Below are positions 29,238-39,222 of a DNA stretch of 64,000 bases, piece after piece (position 1 is the stretch's first letter; every line of letters begins with the position of its first letter). A program made the translations under genes and the position numbers. Under the pieces are notes generated by a model that had not been told where the DNA came from, made no database searches, and saw nothing but the letters and a program-made list of their open reading frames with translations. The DNA comes from Candidatus Micrarchaeota archaeon (GTDB lineage: Archaea > Micrarchaeota > Micrarchaeia > Anstonellales > Bilamarchaeaceae): positions 32,001-96,000 of the forward strand of contig JBBSVO010000007.1 of assembly GCA_038046805.1 (NCBI GenBank). The letters run 5' to 3'.

Positions 29238-29648
29238 ATGACTCAAAAACAATTGGCGCGTAAAACCACGAAATCAGGACGAACTAGTGTCCCATCTCCG
29301 TTTAAGATGATAGTACCGTCAGAGAACATGCATATACTTAAGTTATGCCTTACTGAAGGCGTATTCGAAAGTAATCTTGATGAGGCCTTCAGACCAGGAC
29401 CTGCGAGACGACTCTCAGATGGCGACGTCATGAAAGGATATGGAAACGAGGGAGTATTCTTTGATACAGGAACCAAACAGTTCACCTGTTGCCGTATAGA
29501 TTTTGATAGGGGAATCATAGTCAAAGCACAGTTGAGCGAAACTGCCAGAAAACGATTCGTAAGGGACTTCGTAAGAGATGCAAGGAAAGACCCCGAACTG
29601 CAGAAAATAGTTGAGCAGCACTCGGATGTGTTCAGACTGGGATTATGA
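29238..29648 (+). CDS. Hypothetical protein
   Basis: 136-aa ORF with GAGGT Shine-Dalgarno and an upstream TTTTTAAA. Confidence 0.6.
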   Translation: MTQKQLARKTTKSGRTSVPSPFKMIVPSENMHILKLCLTEGVFESNLDEAFRPGPARRLSDGDVMKGYGNEGVFFDTGTKQFTCCRIDFDRGIIVKAQLSETARKRFVRDFVRDARKDPELQKIVEQHSDVFRLGL

Positions 29649-29733
29649 CTTTGTCTCAGTGGAAATCTACGGATTTTTAACCTCTTTTATTCTCAATAAA
29701 CGTATTCAACAATTTCTCAATCAGGTGATTCAG

Positions 29734-31536
29734 ATGGCAGATACTCACACCCGCTCTCCGATAATAGCAACACTTGGACACGTAGACCACGGAAAAACTA
29801 CACTTCTTGACGCCCTCAGAGGCTCCAGTGTGGCAAAGAGAGAGGCGGGTGGAATAACCCAGATGATCGGAGCAAGTTATCTTTCACAGGAAGATCTCAA
29901 AGAAGTAAGTAAAAAAGTATCCGATAGGACAAAATTTGAGTTAAAAATACCCGGTCTTCTTTTCATAGACACGCCCGGACATGCAGCATTCACTAATTTG
30001 CGCGAGCGTGGTGGCTCCATCGCAGACCTTGCAATTCTTGTAATTGATGTAACCAATGGAATTCAGCCACAGACTGAGGAAAGCATTCGCATTCTAAGAC
30101 AATACAAAACTCCGTTCATAATTGCTGCAAATAAGATTGATGCGATACATGGATGGAAATCCCAAAAAACAGAGTCATTTTTTGAATCCCTTGAAAAACA
30201 GCAGGAAGGCGTGAAGAACAAACTGGATGAAAAACTGTACGAGATAGTCGGCAGGCTTTCGGAAATCGGAATGGAAAGCGAAAGATTTGACAGGGTTCCT
30301 GACTTCAGAACACAGGTTGGAATCGTACCAGTCAGTGCAAAAACCCGTGAGGGAATAGGCGAACTGATTATGCTGATTGCCGGATTATCCCAAAAATTCC
30401 TTGAGAATGACCTAAAATTCGAGGTAAGCGGAAGGGCAAAGGGAAGCATTATTGAGGTAAAGGAAGAACGCGGACTTGGGACCACCATCGATGTCATAGT
30501 GTACGACGGCGTCCTGAGAAAAGGTGATGAAATAATGTTTCTCACTGCAGATGGCGCGAAAACAACCAAGGTACGTGCATTATTAGAACCAAATATTTCA
30601 ATGAATAATCCAAACGAAAAGTATACATACGTAGATGAGGTTGTTGCAGCAGGAGGAGTAAAGATATTCGCTCCTGGTTTGGAAGACGCAATTCCGGGTT
30701 CTCCGTTCACGGCAACGAATAGCGAAAACATCGAAGCAGACAAAAAAGAGCTTGAAGAAAAAATGAAGCAGATACTTGTTGAAAGAAATGAAAATGGAGT
30801 TATTGTACGCGCAGATTCTCTTGGTTCTGTGGAAGCACTTGTAAAACTTCTTGAAGAGGAAAAAATACCTGTAAAGGATGCAAAGGTTGGAAGAGTAACA
30901 AGAAAAGATGTTCTGGAAGCGCAGGCAGTTGTAAGAGAGGATAGATACCTTGGTGTGATTCTTGCTTTCAATGTTGAAACACTGCCGGAAGCAAAGGAAG
31001 AATCTGAAAAGGACGGAATCCCAATTCTCTGGAGCAATATCATATACTCACTCATTGACCGATATAAAGAATGGGTGGCAGAAGAAAAAGAGAAAGAGAA
31101 AAAACTCGCACTGGAAAAATTCCCATGGCCTGGAAAAATAAAAATTCTCTCTGGATGCTGCTTTAGAATCTGTAAACCAGCAGTGTTTGGAATAGAAGTG
31201 CTTGGGGGAAGAATAAAAAGCGGGTTCAGATTGATGAACCGGAATGGAGACATTGTGGGAGAGATAAAAACAATTCAACATGAAAAAGAATCTCTTATCG
31301 AAGCAAAGTCGGGGATGCAGGTTGCGATTTCCTGCGATGATATTTATTTCGGGAAAACAGTCTGCGAAGGCGATGTTCTTTATGTGTTCATGACAAGCGA
31401 TGAGTTGAAGATATGGGGAGAGAGACTAGAGATGCTAAGCAAAGAAGACATTCCGGTTATAAATGAAATAGAAGGAATTCATAATAAGGATTCCCCATTT
31501 GCGACTTTTCATACGAAAGAACAGGTGGAGGAATGA
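29734..31536 (+). CDS. infB: Translation initiation factor aIF5B (IF-2)
   Basis: RSPI...GHVDHGKT, EAGGITQ.IGA, DTPGH and NKID. AGGTGA Shine-Dalgarno. Confidence 0.97.
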   Translation: MADTHTRSPIIATLGHVDHGKTTLLDALRGSSVAKREAGGITQMIGASYLSQEDLKEVSKKVSDRTKFELKIPGLLFIDTPGHAAFTNLRERGGSIADLAILVIDVTNGIQPQTEESIRILRQYKTPFIIAANKIDAIHGWKSQKTESFFESLEKQQEGVKNKLDEKLYEIVGRLSEIGMESERFDRVPDFRTQVGIVPVSAKTREGIGELIMLIAGLSQKFLENDLKFEVSGRAKGSIIEVKEERGLGTTIDVIVYDGVLRKGDEIMFLTADGAKTTKVRALLEPNISMNNPNEKYTYVDEVVAAGGVKIFAPGLEDAIPGSPFTATNSENIEADKKELEEKMKQILVERNENGVIVRADSLGSVEALVKLLEEEKIPVKDAKVGRVTRKDVLEAQAVVREDRYLGVILAFNVETLPEAKEESEKDGIPILWSNIIYSLIDRYKEWVAEEKEKEKKLALEKFPWPGKIKILSGCCFRICKPAVFGIEVLGGRIKSGFRLMNRNGDIVGEIKTIQHEKESLIEAKSGMQVAISCDDIYFGKTVCEGDVLYVFMTSDELKIWGERLEMLSKEDIPVINEIEGIHNKDSPFATFHTKEQVEE

Positions 31537-32780
31537 GTACAAGAAGACAGGTGTTGAAAGCCTCCGCATACGCTACACTGGCTGCAGCTACCGCCCCGTT
31601 CGCGGCTATTCTGAGATGCTATGCCCCAGAAAACCAAAAACCAGCAAAGCGGATCGGAACGTTTGAGGAATCCGCAAAGGCAACCATCGAATGGATAAAA
31701 AATGGCAAGTTTAGCTTAAGTCTTCTGGATGAAGTAGAACGATTCAGAAATGAATTAGAATTCGAGCTAGATAGAGATATCCATGCTGCACTGGAACAGT
31801 TAAGGAAGCGGATTGGCAAAAATGGAAACCAGCAGAAAGCAGATGTAAGCGAGAGTGTTGAAGCTGGTGGATACGTTCTTGACATTAATACGATTAATTC
31901 ACATCTGACATTTGTTTTCGGAAAGGTAAAAACACGTGGAAAAGTCGGACCGTACGATGTTTATCTCCTGGAAGAGACTGAAATTGCATACAGCCACTCA
32001 GTTATAGGGACCAGCACCATCAGCACTGGCAGGATATACCTGTTTGATGACCGAATAGACCTTGGCAATAAACTAAGCGAACCGGAACAATGGGAGAAGA
32101 TGATTGGTTACGGAATAAACCCAAATGCCGTACAGGCAATTGTACGAAATACGCTCTCCAAAAAAGAGGTTTCCTGGACAGAATTTGAATCACTTGCGGA
32201 AAATGTTGCACAAAATTGCAGCCTGCAGCCAGAACTCGTGCAGATGGCGCTTCTTATAATGAGATTATTTTATCTCCACCAAAACAGGGAGCAGGATTAC
32301 TCTATCTCACTGAATGAGTTTAGGGCGCAGGTTTTGACGCACGAACTTGCCCACCTAGAATTATATAGAACTATGGGCGATAAATGGTTCTCAGAACACG
32401 TAGGGTCTGGTGAAATGTTTGCCATGCTGGTCGAACTTACTTATGGGCTGCGGCAATATGACCGACTGCGTAGCATCTTCGAGCAGTATCTTGGAAGTGC
32501 ATGCGGAGCGCAAGAGGACAGGCTCAATTCCGGGGTGTCCAAGTTGCTTGCAGAGCACATGCTCCAGCACCCGTGGGCAGGCATCAAAAACCTCATCGCA
32601 GGACCGACCGAACAAGATTTAAGCAGGATATGGACGGCATCATCGGAAAAATTTTCAAAAGAGCAAATCGGAAAACCGTTTGAAGAGCTCTTTGACGAAA
32701 CAAGATTGACAGGAGATCATAATCGTTTCATAAGCGGATTATATTGTCAAGAAACAGGAGAATGCGAGGTGAAACCATGA
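31533..32780 (+). CDS. Putative Tat-exported protein with an HEXXH zincin motif
   Basis: N-terminal STRRQVLK plus hydrophobic stretch, then THELAH...EMFA. Confidence 0.6.
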   Translation: MSTRRQVLKASAYATLAAATAPFAAILRCYAPENQKPAKRIGTFEESAKATIEWIKNGKFSLSLLDEVERFRNELEFELDRDIHAALEQLRKRIGKNGNQQKADVSESVEAGGYVLDINTINSHLTFVFGKVKTRGKVGPYDVYLLEETEIAYSHSVIGTSTISTGRIYLFDDRIDLGNKLSEPEQWEKMIGYGINPNAVQAIVRNTLSKKEVSWTEFESLAENVAQNCSLQPELVQMALLIMRLFYLHQNREQDYSISLNEFRAQVLTHELAHLELYRTMGDKWFSEHVGSGEMFAMLVELTYGLRQYDRLRSIFEQYLGSACGAQEDRLNSGVSKLLAEHMLQHPWAGIKNLIAGPTEQDLSRIWTASSEKFSKEQIGKPFEELFDETRLTGDHNRFISGLYCQETGECEVKP

Positions 32781-32828
32781 TTTTGGGTCTAACAGGTGAA
32801 ACCATGATTTTGGGTCTAACAGGTGAAA
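32767..32828. repeat. Exact 27-bp tandem duplication of Shine-Dalgarno plus start codon
   Basis: AGGTGAAACCATGATTTTGGGTCTAAC twice, then AGGTGAAA. Confidence 0.9.
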
Positions 32829-33814
32829 ATTGTGCGGGAAAAGGAACGATTGCCGAGCATTTGATGAAAAAAGGATTTTGCTACTTATCACTATCAGATG
32901 CGATCCGCGAGGAATTGACTGCTGAAGGAAAGGAAGTAACGCGGGAAAACTTAATTGCAAAAGGCAATGGCTTGCGTGAGGAGTTCGGTCCGGGAATACT
33001 TGCAAAAAAGACGCTCCTGAAGGTAATGGATAATGCGAATGTCAATTACGTGATTGATTCAATCCGCAATCCGAGTGAGGTTGAGGAATTGAAAAAAAGA
33101 AAGGACTTCACACTGCTTTATGTTACTGCATCTCCGGAATTGAGATTTGAAAGGATGAAATCACGTGGAAGGGAAGCAGATCCGAAAACTTATGATGCTT
33201 TCCTGAGAATAGAGCAGCTTGAAGCAAAGAATGCGGAAAAAACAAAACAGAGCCTAAGCGATACTGCGAAACTCGCGGACAAACGGATTGAAAACGAGGG
33301 CGATCTGGCTGCGCTTTATGATTCTGTGGACCGCACGCTCGCGGAGATTTCGGACCAGTTCAAAATCGAACGGCCGTCATGGGACAGTTATTTCATGTCA
33401 ATCGCACAAGTTGTGGCATCGCGGAGCAACTGCATGAAAAGAAAGGTTGCCGCAGTGATAGTGAAGGACAAGAGAATTATCTCAACCGGCTACAATGGAA
33501 CCCCGCGCGGATGCAAAAACTGTGATGAGGGTGGATGCCCAAGATGCAATGGATTCTCTGAAAGCGGAAAGAATCTGGAGGATTGTTATTGCTCGCACGG
33601 GGAGGAGAATTCCATCGTGCAGGCAGCTTATCATGGGATTTCAATAAAGGGCGGAGTGATATATACTACCTTCTCGCCATGCCTTTTGTGCACAAAAATG
33701 ATTCTGAATTCCGGCCTGTCAGAGGTTGTATATAATGCGGAATATCCGCTTGGAGAGGCTCCGCTCAAGCTGTTAAAGGAGGCGGGAGTTATTGTGAGGA
33801 AGGTAAAGGTTTAG
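32777..33814 (+). CDS. P-loop nucleotide kinase (dephospho-CoA kinase-like) fused to dCMP deaminase
   Basis: GLTGENCAGKGT and VIDSIRN..E in the kinase part. RPSWD.YFM, TGYNG.P, HGEEN and PCLLC in the deaminase part. Confidence 0.9.
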   Translation: MILGLTGETMILGLTGENCAGKGTIAEHLMKKGFCYLSLSDAIREELTAEGKEVTRENLIAKGNGLREEFGPGILAKKTLLKVMDNANVNYVIDSIRNPSEVEELKKRKDFTLLYVTASPELRFERMKSRGREADPKTYDAFLRIEQLEAKNAEKTKQSLSDTAKLADKRIENEGDLAALYDSVDRTLAEISDQFKIERPSWDSYFMSIAQVVASRSNCMKRKVAAVIVKDKRIISTGYNGTPRGCKNCDEGGCPRCNGFSESGKNLEDCYCSHGEENSIVQAAYHGISIKGGVIYTTFSPCLLCTKMILNSGLSEVVYNAEYPLGEAPLKLLKEAGVIVRKVKV

Positions 33815-33987
33815 TGAGTATAGCGATCCAAGAAAGTTCCCGATTGTTGCACAACGCAACAATGGGCATCTTGTCGCAATGCGACAAGCTTGTTGCGAAA
33901 CTTTCTTGTCTCACTACATAGCAAACCACGAAGGTAGCATACGTTTGGATTACACGATAGGATTGCATTAGTTTCGTGGTTTGCTAT
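33812..33987. ncRNA. Candidate structured RNA or palindromic element
   Basis: Five stems, including a perfect 15-bp pair at 33918-33932/33973-33987. Confidence 0.35.
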
Positions 33988-34016
33988 AGTTAGAACAGTG
34001 CGATCCCACGACACAA

Positions 34017-34166
34017 TTAAACGAACATTCCCGCGCCTTCATAATTAGATTCATTGGTTTCCTTTGGCTTCTTTTGATTAGGCTTGCGGGAAATGAAAAC
34101 GCGGCCCTTTTTCGGTTTCTTTTTTTGACGTAATAAAGATAAATCGGAAACCATGCAAAAAACCAT
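34017..34166 (-). CDS. Small basic hypothetical protein (49 aa)
   Basis: MVFCMVSDLSLLRQKKKPKKGRVFISRKPNQKKPKETNESNYEGAGMFV, read manually. Confidence 0.35.
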   Translation of the reverse strand: MVFCMVSDLSLLRQKKKPKKGRVFISRKPNQKKPKETNESNYEGAGMFV

Positions 34167-34284
34167 GGTTATGTCTATATCGGTAACTGATACTTAAGTT
34201 AACCGCCGCTCTGGAGCGGTTTGGACGCTGGTTTTCATGCGATAGTCGCAATTTTTAATATTTTGTGAATATAAATCAGTACTC

Positions 34285-36090
34285 ATGCGAAGAAAAGTAG
34301 TTACTCCTTACGACATAGACCAAAGGAGATACTTCAGCTGGCACACCGGGGTAAGGGCAACTGATTTGTATCATGCGATTGCACAGCATACTGCGGAATG
34401 GATTGCCAGAGAAACCGGAAAGAAAGTAAAGGGAGTAGGAAACGGAAGACCTACGTTTGATGATTTACAGAAAAAACTTGGTGAAACAGAAAGGGAAAAA
34501 CTTGCTGTGCACATGGATAGATTGGAAAGAGCACGGCTGGAAGATCAATGCTATAGTGGGCCTGATGCAGTGGCACGATGGGGATACGGACTTGCCGAAG
34601 AAACCAGAGAGCAGACAGCGAATCTCCTTCACTGCAATCCGAAAAATGTTTTTTTCGCGAATTCAACCACCTGTGCAGCAATACCAATATTTCTCGCATT
34701 CCTTGGTAGATATAACAATGAAATATATGCTGTGCGACACGGGGAAAAAAGACATACTATGCCGCCATTTTTCTATTTTTCTGATATGAACTACCCGACA
34801 ATAGCGCGTTATGTATTTTTTCCTGATGAAATGCGAAACAGACTATCAAAGATAATGACTCGCCAAAATTATGGCCATCGCTCTGTGCCATTTCGGGAGA
34901 TCCATCGCGCGTTTCTTGACGCTCGGCTAACGGCGAGAATTGGAGATGAGGAAGTTTGTCCAAAACAAATCTCTGAACTGGAAGACCTGATATCCACGAA
35001 AATCCCTGGGTGGGATCGGGAGGTTTTTGAGGGGGGGAAACGAATAGATGTTATGAAAGATCACTTATCTCAACTAGACACAGATATCGTAGTTATGTTT
35101 GAGCATATGGATAGAATTCTCGGAAAAGAATATACACAACAAATGATTGACAGGATACGGGGAATTGGAGAAGGAGTATTGAGAAGGCCTCCTCTTATAT
35201 TTTTGGATGGGTCGCATACATTTGGGGTAGTGGATTATGACGTGACCAAATTGTGCGAGGCGCATATCGCCGGCTCGTCAAAAGGCCTTGCTGCAGAGCC
35301 GACAATTGGAATTGGATATGCAAGAGAAGACATAATGGCTTCGATGAAAGAAGAAATAGTACGCGGCAGAGACTATGCTTTTCGGAGTGGAGGCAACTCA
35401 GCACATAGATATTACCCTGAAATCGCATTCCAATTCAGTCCAGAGACTGGATTAGGCATTCGACCAGATGCAATCGAAAAAACCAGATATTGGATTTCCC
35501 TTCCAGAACTTGCTTCAATGAATGCTGCCCTATTTGACAGGGCAAAAGAAATGGTCAAAAGGATTGGATACAAAACATATCATACTGTAATGCAATTCAC
35601 AGGTAGACTCGGAGGCTATCTTGTTGAACCAACTAACAGTTACTCGACCGGATCTCAACTTGTAGATCAGATTACCTCTCCAGTTTTGTTGCTAAGTGGG
35701 GATATGCGCCCCCCTGAAGTAACCGGTGCATTGCAGACGGCATTTGAAAGGGGATTCCTTAACGATATGCCGAATCATCTGGTGGTAAAGATACGACATG
35801 GAATAACCGGTGATGCAATACAGGCAAAAGAACTCGTAATGAAACTTAGAGAAAAAGGATATTCTGTTTCAGATATTCCAGGAGACCTAACAATGAATGA
35901 TGTGTCTGTGGATGGTATCGGACAGCTGCTCAGAATATCCTTCCGCCATGATATTTGGCAGGACGTAGCTGGACTCCTGAATGCCATAAACGAGGTTATG
36001 TACGGACAAGATATAATACGTAAATGGGGATATTCCCAAGAAGACCGCAATGGAATAATTACTCTGAGATATGTGAGACAACCCATTTAA
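34285..36090 (+). CDS. Divergent PLP-dependent fold-type I enzyme (aminotransferase class V-like)
   Basis: ANLLHCNPKNVFFANSTT, IFLDGSHTFG, AGSSKGL (putative PLP lysine) and LRISF. Confidence 0.65.
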   Translation: MRRKVVTPYDIDQRRYFSWHTGVRATDLYHAIAQHTAEWIARETGKKVKGVGNGRPTFDDLQKKLGETEREKLAVHMDRLERARLEDQCYSGPDAVARWGYGLAEETREQTANLLHCNPKNVFFANSTTCAAIPIFLAFLGRYNNEIYAVRHGEKRHTMPPFFYFSDMNYPTIARYVFFPDEMRNRLSKIMTRQNYGHRSVPFREIHRAFLDARLTARIGDEEVCPKQISELEDLISTKIPGWDREVFEGGKRIDVMKDHLSQLDTDIVVMFEHMDRILGKEYTQQMIDRIRGIGEGVLRRPPLIFLDGSHTFGVVDYDVTKLCEAHIAGSSKGLAAEPTIGIGYAREDIMASMKEEIVRGRDYAFRSGGNSAHRYYPEIAFQFSPETGLGIRPDAIEKTRYWISLPELASMNAALFDRAKEMVKRIGYKTYHTVMQFTGRLGGYLVEPTNSYSTGSQLVDQITSPVLLLSGDMRPPEVTGALQTAFERGFLNDMPNHLVVKIRHGITGDAIQAKELVMKLREKGYSVSDIPGDLTMNDVSVDGIGQLLRISFRHDIWQDVAGLLNAINEVMYGQDIIRKWGYSQEDRNGIITLRYVRQPI

Positions 36091-36131
36091 AAATTCTAAA
36101 ATTTTGCTTAGGTTTTTATTCAAATCCCCAA

Positions 36132-37346
36132 TCAATCTTTCTCGGCTGTGAGATCCTTTTTAGCCGCACTTGCAACAAAACACATTGCATCATTAAGCCT
36201 GTCGATGAGTTGAGGAGACGGTATCTTATGTTTTGCCGCAACTTTCACCCTGGGCATTGCTCTTTTTTTACCAAATCCAAATAAGTCTTCAACCAAACTA
36301 AAATACTGTGAGATATCGGGTACATCTGCCACAGTTCCTCGTATTGCTTCGAGACTCGCCTTTGCAGTTTTTCTGACGCTTGCATCTCCTTGACCGAGAA
36401 GTGTGATCTGCAGGTCACTTAATCCAAGTGCACCTTTGAGGAAACGCCTATCGCTGCAGTGGAAATCTATTTTTTCATCTTTTCCAGAGCCGGCATTTTT
36501 CCTTGGTTTTGTATAAACCTCTCTGCCAACAATAATTCTTTTTACAAGTATACCCAGATGAACCGGGAAAGCAGCAATGCGCACAGACGCTAATATTTGG
36601 GATAACTTTCCAGAATTGTCTATGCAGCCATCAAACGCAGCCATCGCAATTCGTCGGACTTCCCTAATATCTTCGTCTTTATAACGAGGATTTGCAGATA
36701 TTACACTGGTCAAATTTCTCTCAAATGCAACCCGTTTTTCTTCAGCAGAAACTTTAGGTACTGAAACAACTGGTTTTTCATCTTTCAAATTTGGAGCACG
36801 TGTTTTTGTTGGCGCACTTGCTTCTTTCTGCGAGTAATTAACTCTCCTTAGAACCAATGTTGCGACTGCGGGACTTACTCTTTGTTTTGTAAAAGTCCTT
36901 GCAGTTTCCAGACCTTTTTCAATCAGTTCAAAAACATCTCCGCCAGACATTGGTTCAACTGGATTCAAACCAAGATCTAATTTCTGGGCGATTTCCCTGA
37001 GTTTCATGCGTCTTTGTTCTTGCCCAAGCCCATAATACATTTTAATTGCTCTAAATGCCCTCACATCAGCCTGTTTGATGTCCTGAACTACACCACATCC
37101 AAGTTCTACTAAGACTCTTTTGGTTCTGTCGATATCCCTCGCCTTATCAGAAAATGTAAGTAAACCAGCTAATTGGTGCTGTGGACTTTCATGAAGATCT
37201 CCGATGAGTGCAACACGATTAGAATCAAATTTCTCTGTATGATAGCCTCTGGCGACAGGACGTTTGAATACCATAAATTTAACAGAGAATAGATCTGTGT
37301 TTTTGCTTGAATGTAGTTCACGGACATTACTCTCCAAATTACTCAA
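36132..37346 (-). CDS. Hypothetical protein
   Basis: 404-aa ORF with an upstream TTTTTAAA. No recognised family. Confidence 0.65.
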   Translation of the reverse strand: MSNLESNVRELHSSKNTDLFSVKFMVFKRPVARGYHTEKFDSNRVALIGDLHESPQHQLAGLLTFSDKARDIDRTKRVLVELGCGVVQDIKQADVRAFRAIKMYYGLGQEQRRMKLREIAQKLDLGLNPVEPMSGGDVFELIEKGLETARTFTKQRVSPAVATLVLRRVNYSQKEASAPTKTRAPNLKDEKPVVSVPKVSAEEKRVAFERNLTSVISANPRYKDEDIREVRRIAMAAFDGCIDNSGKLSQILASVRIAAFPVHLGILVKRIIVGREVYTKPRKNAGSGKDEKIDFHCSDRRFLKGALGLSDLQITLLGQGDASVRKTAKASLEAIRGTVADVPDISQYFSLVEDLFGFGKKRAMPRVKVAAKHKIPSPQLIDRLNDAMCFVASAAKKDLTAEKD

Positions 37347-37481
37347 ATATGCAGAGAATTATACTTAAGGCAACAGTTTAAAAATAAAGCCGTTGAAAGA
37401 GAAGATGGCAACAATGACCGGACCGTCCCAGTCTGACCAATACATGGAGACAAGAGTAGCTTGAGAGTTGCCATACAAAAA

Positions 37482-37742
37482 TCAGTCGTACGCACCTTCA
37501 CGCGGACCCAAGTAAAAAACAAGAATTGTTCGCTCGGCTTCTCTTATTTGATATTTTACTCGAAATTTTCCAATTCGCACTCGGTAGGTGTTGTCCATAC
37601 CGCTTAATTTTATCAGGTCAAACTCCTGAAAAGGACGGGGGATTACTGAAAGCACGTCAAGAAGATGGTTTACCCGCTCTCGGTACTCGTTCAAATCCTC
37701 GTAACCTTTCTGCGCGGATCTGGAAAGAACAACCGCGTACAT
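37482..37742 (-). CDS. RelE/ParE family toxin
   Basis: KLSG...YRVRIGKFRV.Y.I......LV....PR..AY. Confidence 0.88.
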   Translation of the reverse strand: MYAVVLSRSAQKGYEDLNEYRERVNHLLDVLSVIPRPFQEFDLIKLSGMDNTYRVRIGKFRVKYQIREAERTILVFYLGPREGAYD

Positions 37743-37743
37743 T

Positions 37744-37932
37744 TCAATCCTTCCTTATGTTTGAAAATTTGACAGATTTACCCTGACCATGTTCACGCAG
37801 CGCCTCTTCGAGCTGATCTTTGTCTTTCTGTGTAGCTGCGACCCCAGGGATTAGAGTCTGCTCAAGGAAATCAATCTTTTTATGTAGATATTTTAATTCC
37901 GAATACAAAACATCCAGTGTTATATTTTCCAT
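37744..37932 (-). CDS. Putative antitoxin
   Basis: 62-aa ORF directly upstream of relE, ending in EALREH..GK. Confidence 0.7.
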   Translation of the reverse strand: MENITLDVLYSELKYLHKKIDFLEQTLIPGVAATQKDKDQLEEALREHGQGKSVKFSNIRKD

Positions 37933-37986
37933 TATATCAACCAGATTCATTATACATTGCAGGATATTTAAACTTTTCCACACAAA

Positions 37987-39129
37987 ATGAAAACAACTAA
38001 TTATGAGGCGAATTTTATGAGTTTCAAAACCATGTTCAGGGAAGGATATCCGGCAAGTGGTAAACCTCCGGGAGTCTGCGGACAAAGATACGAATTGGAA
38101 ACTGGGATATTCCGAAGCGGTTCAAAAACTGCGATAACCAAATTACGTGAAGCCCTTGCGGGTGTGCTTCCTTTCACAGATGGCATGCGTGTTCTGGAAA
38201 TAGGATGCAGACAGGGAGCATCAACACATGGTCTGCTTGACGCGGCATTGCCAGCAAAAATAGATGTTTTGGCAACTGACCCGATAGATAAAGCAATGGC
38301 AGTAGCACGATTAAGATTCGGAAGAGGATACCCGAAGAATGGAATATTGTTGGTAATGTCATATTGTCTTGGAAACCATCCAACCGGAGATGAAGCAAAA
38401 GCATGGCTTGACCAGCTTCCAGGAGAGCTCTGGAAACCATTAATGGAAGAATCTCGGGCATACCAGTCGCGGGTTGAATTCATAGACCCGCCAGATCATC
38501 TTTATGCTTACGGCCCGTTTTCGCTTGTATACGGATATCAGACCGGGCACTGGATAGAAACAGATTCCGATGGAGAATACCAAGGCTACCCGAAAGCAGA
38601 ACATTTGAAAAACATTTCCGATGCAGTGGCTCCAGGAAAATATATTTATCTTGGTTATTCAACTGCATTTTTTGATGTTGACCCGGAATTACAGGTGGAT
38701 GGGATGAACCGCTCGCAATACGCAATAGACGAGCATCCGTTCTTCAAACACTACATTGCAACGCTTGTCAGACATGTTGCGGCAGAAACCGGAAAAAGCG
38801 AGGAAGAGGTTGTCCGCAATACGGTGGCGCATTCCGCGACACCTAAGCCGAACGAAAGCGGATTCGCAAAATATCTTGAAGGAATTGGACTAAAGCTCGT
38901 ATCGATTATCGGGTATCTTGTGACTCCTGGTGCTGAGAAAGTAGTAACTGATGTCGCGGAAAAAAGACCGATACATCAGGGATATCTTAAATTTGTTCCA
39001 GAACCGGAACGCGCGAGATTGATCCAAACAAGTCTTGAAGAAGCGAATAGAATCGGGGCGAACCTGATAAGGCACGATGCAACAAACATCTATGATATTG
39101 TTCCGATGCTGCTGATTCAAAGACTGTGA
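37987..39129 (+). CDS. Class I SAM-dependent methyltransferase-like protein
   Basis: VLEIGCRQG, ATDP...M..AR and GHW. Start may be ATG 38017. Confidence 0.65.
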   Translation: MKTTNYEANFMSFKTMFREGYPASGKPPGVCGQRYELETGIFRSGSKTAITKLREALAGVLPFTDGMRVLEIGCRQGASTHGLLDAALPAKIDVLATDPIDKAMAVARLRFGRGYPKNGILLVMSYCLGNHPTGDEAKAWLDQLPGELWKPLMEESRAYQSRVEFIDPPDHLYAYGPFSLVYGYQTGHWIETDSDGEYQGYPKAEHLKNISDAVAPGKYIYLGYSTAFFDVDPELQVDGMNRSQYAIDEHPFFKHYIATLVRHVAAETGKSEEEVVRNTVAHSATPKPNESGFAKYLEGIGLKLVSIIGYLVTPGAEKVVTDVAEKRPIHQGYLKFVPEPERARLIQTSLEEANRIGANLIRHDATNIYDIVPMLLIQRL

Positions 39130-39222
39130 CGACAAAGACCAGAGCAATAACCCCGCAACCACCTGCCTTTAAATTATTTTCCGCAGAAACAGATTTAACT
39201 AATTATTTTGGGAGGTTATGAT

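Noticed and set aside
30063..31253. 396-aa antisense ORF inside infB, and similar shadows over cax, pcn and others
   Set aside because: Ser/Phe-rich mirror of the codon bias of a well-supported gene, with no motifs of its own.
16153..31536. Inteins in PolB or aIF5B
   Set aside because: Protein lengths and motif spacing are normal, and no intein termini were seen.
33811..34014. 67-aa minus-strand ORF
   Set aside because: It overlaps the palindromic element and has no Shine-Dalgarno or recognisable motif, so it is better explained as non-coding.
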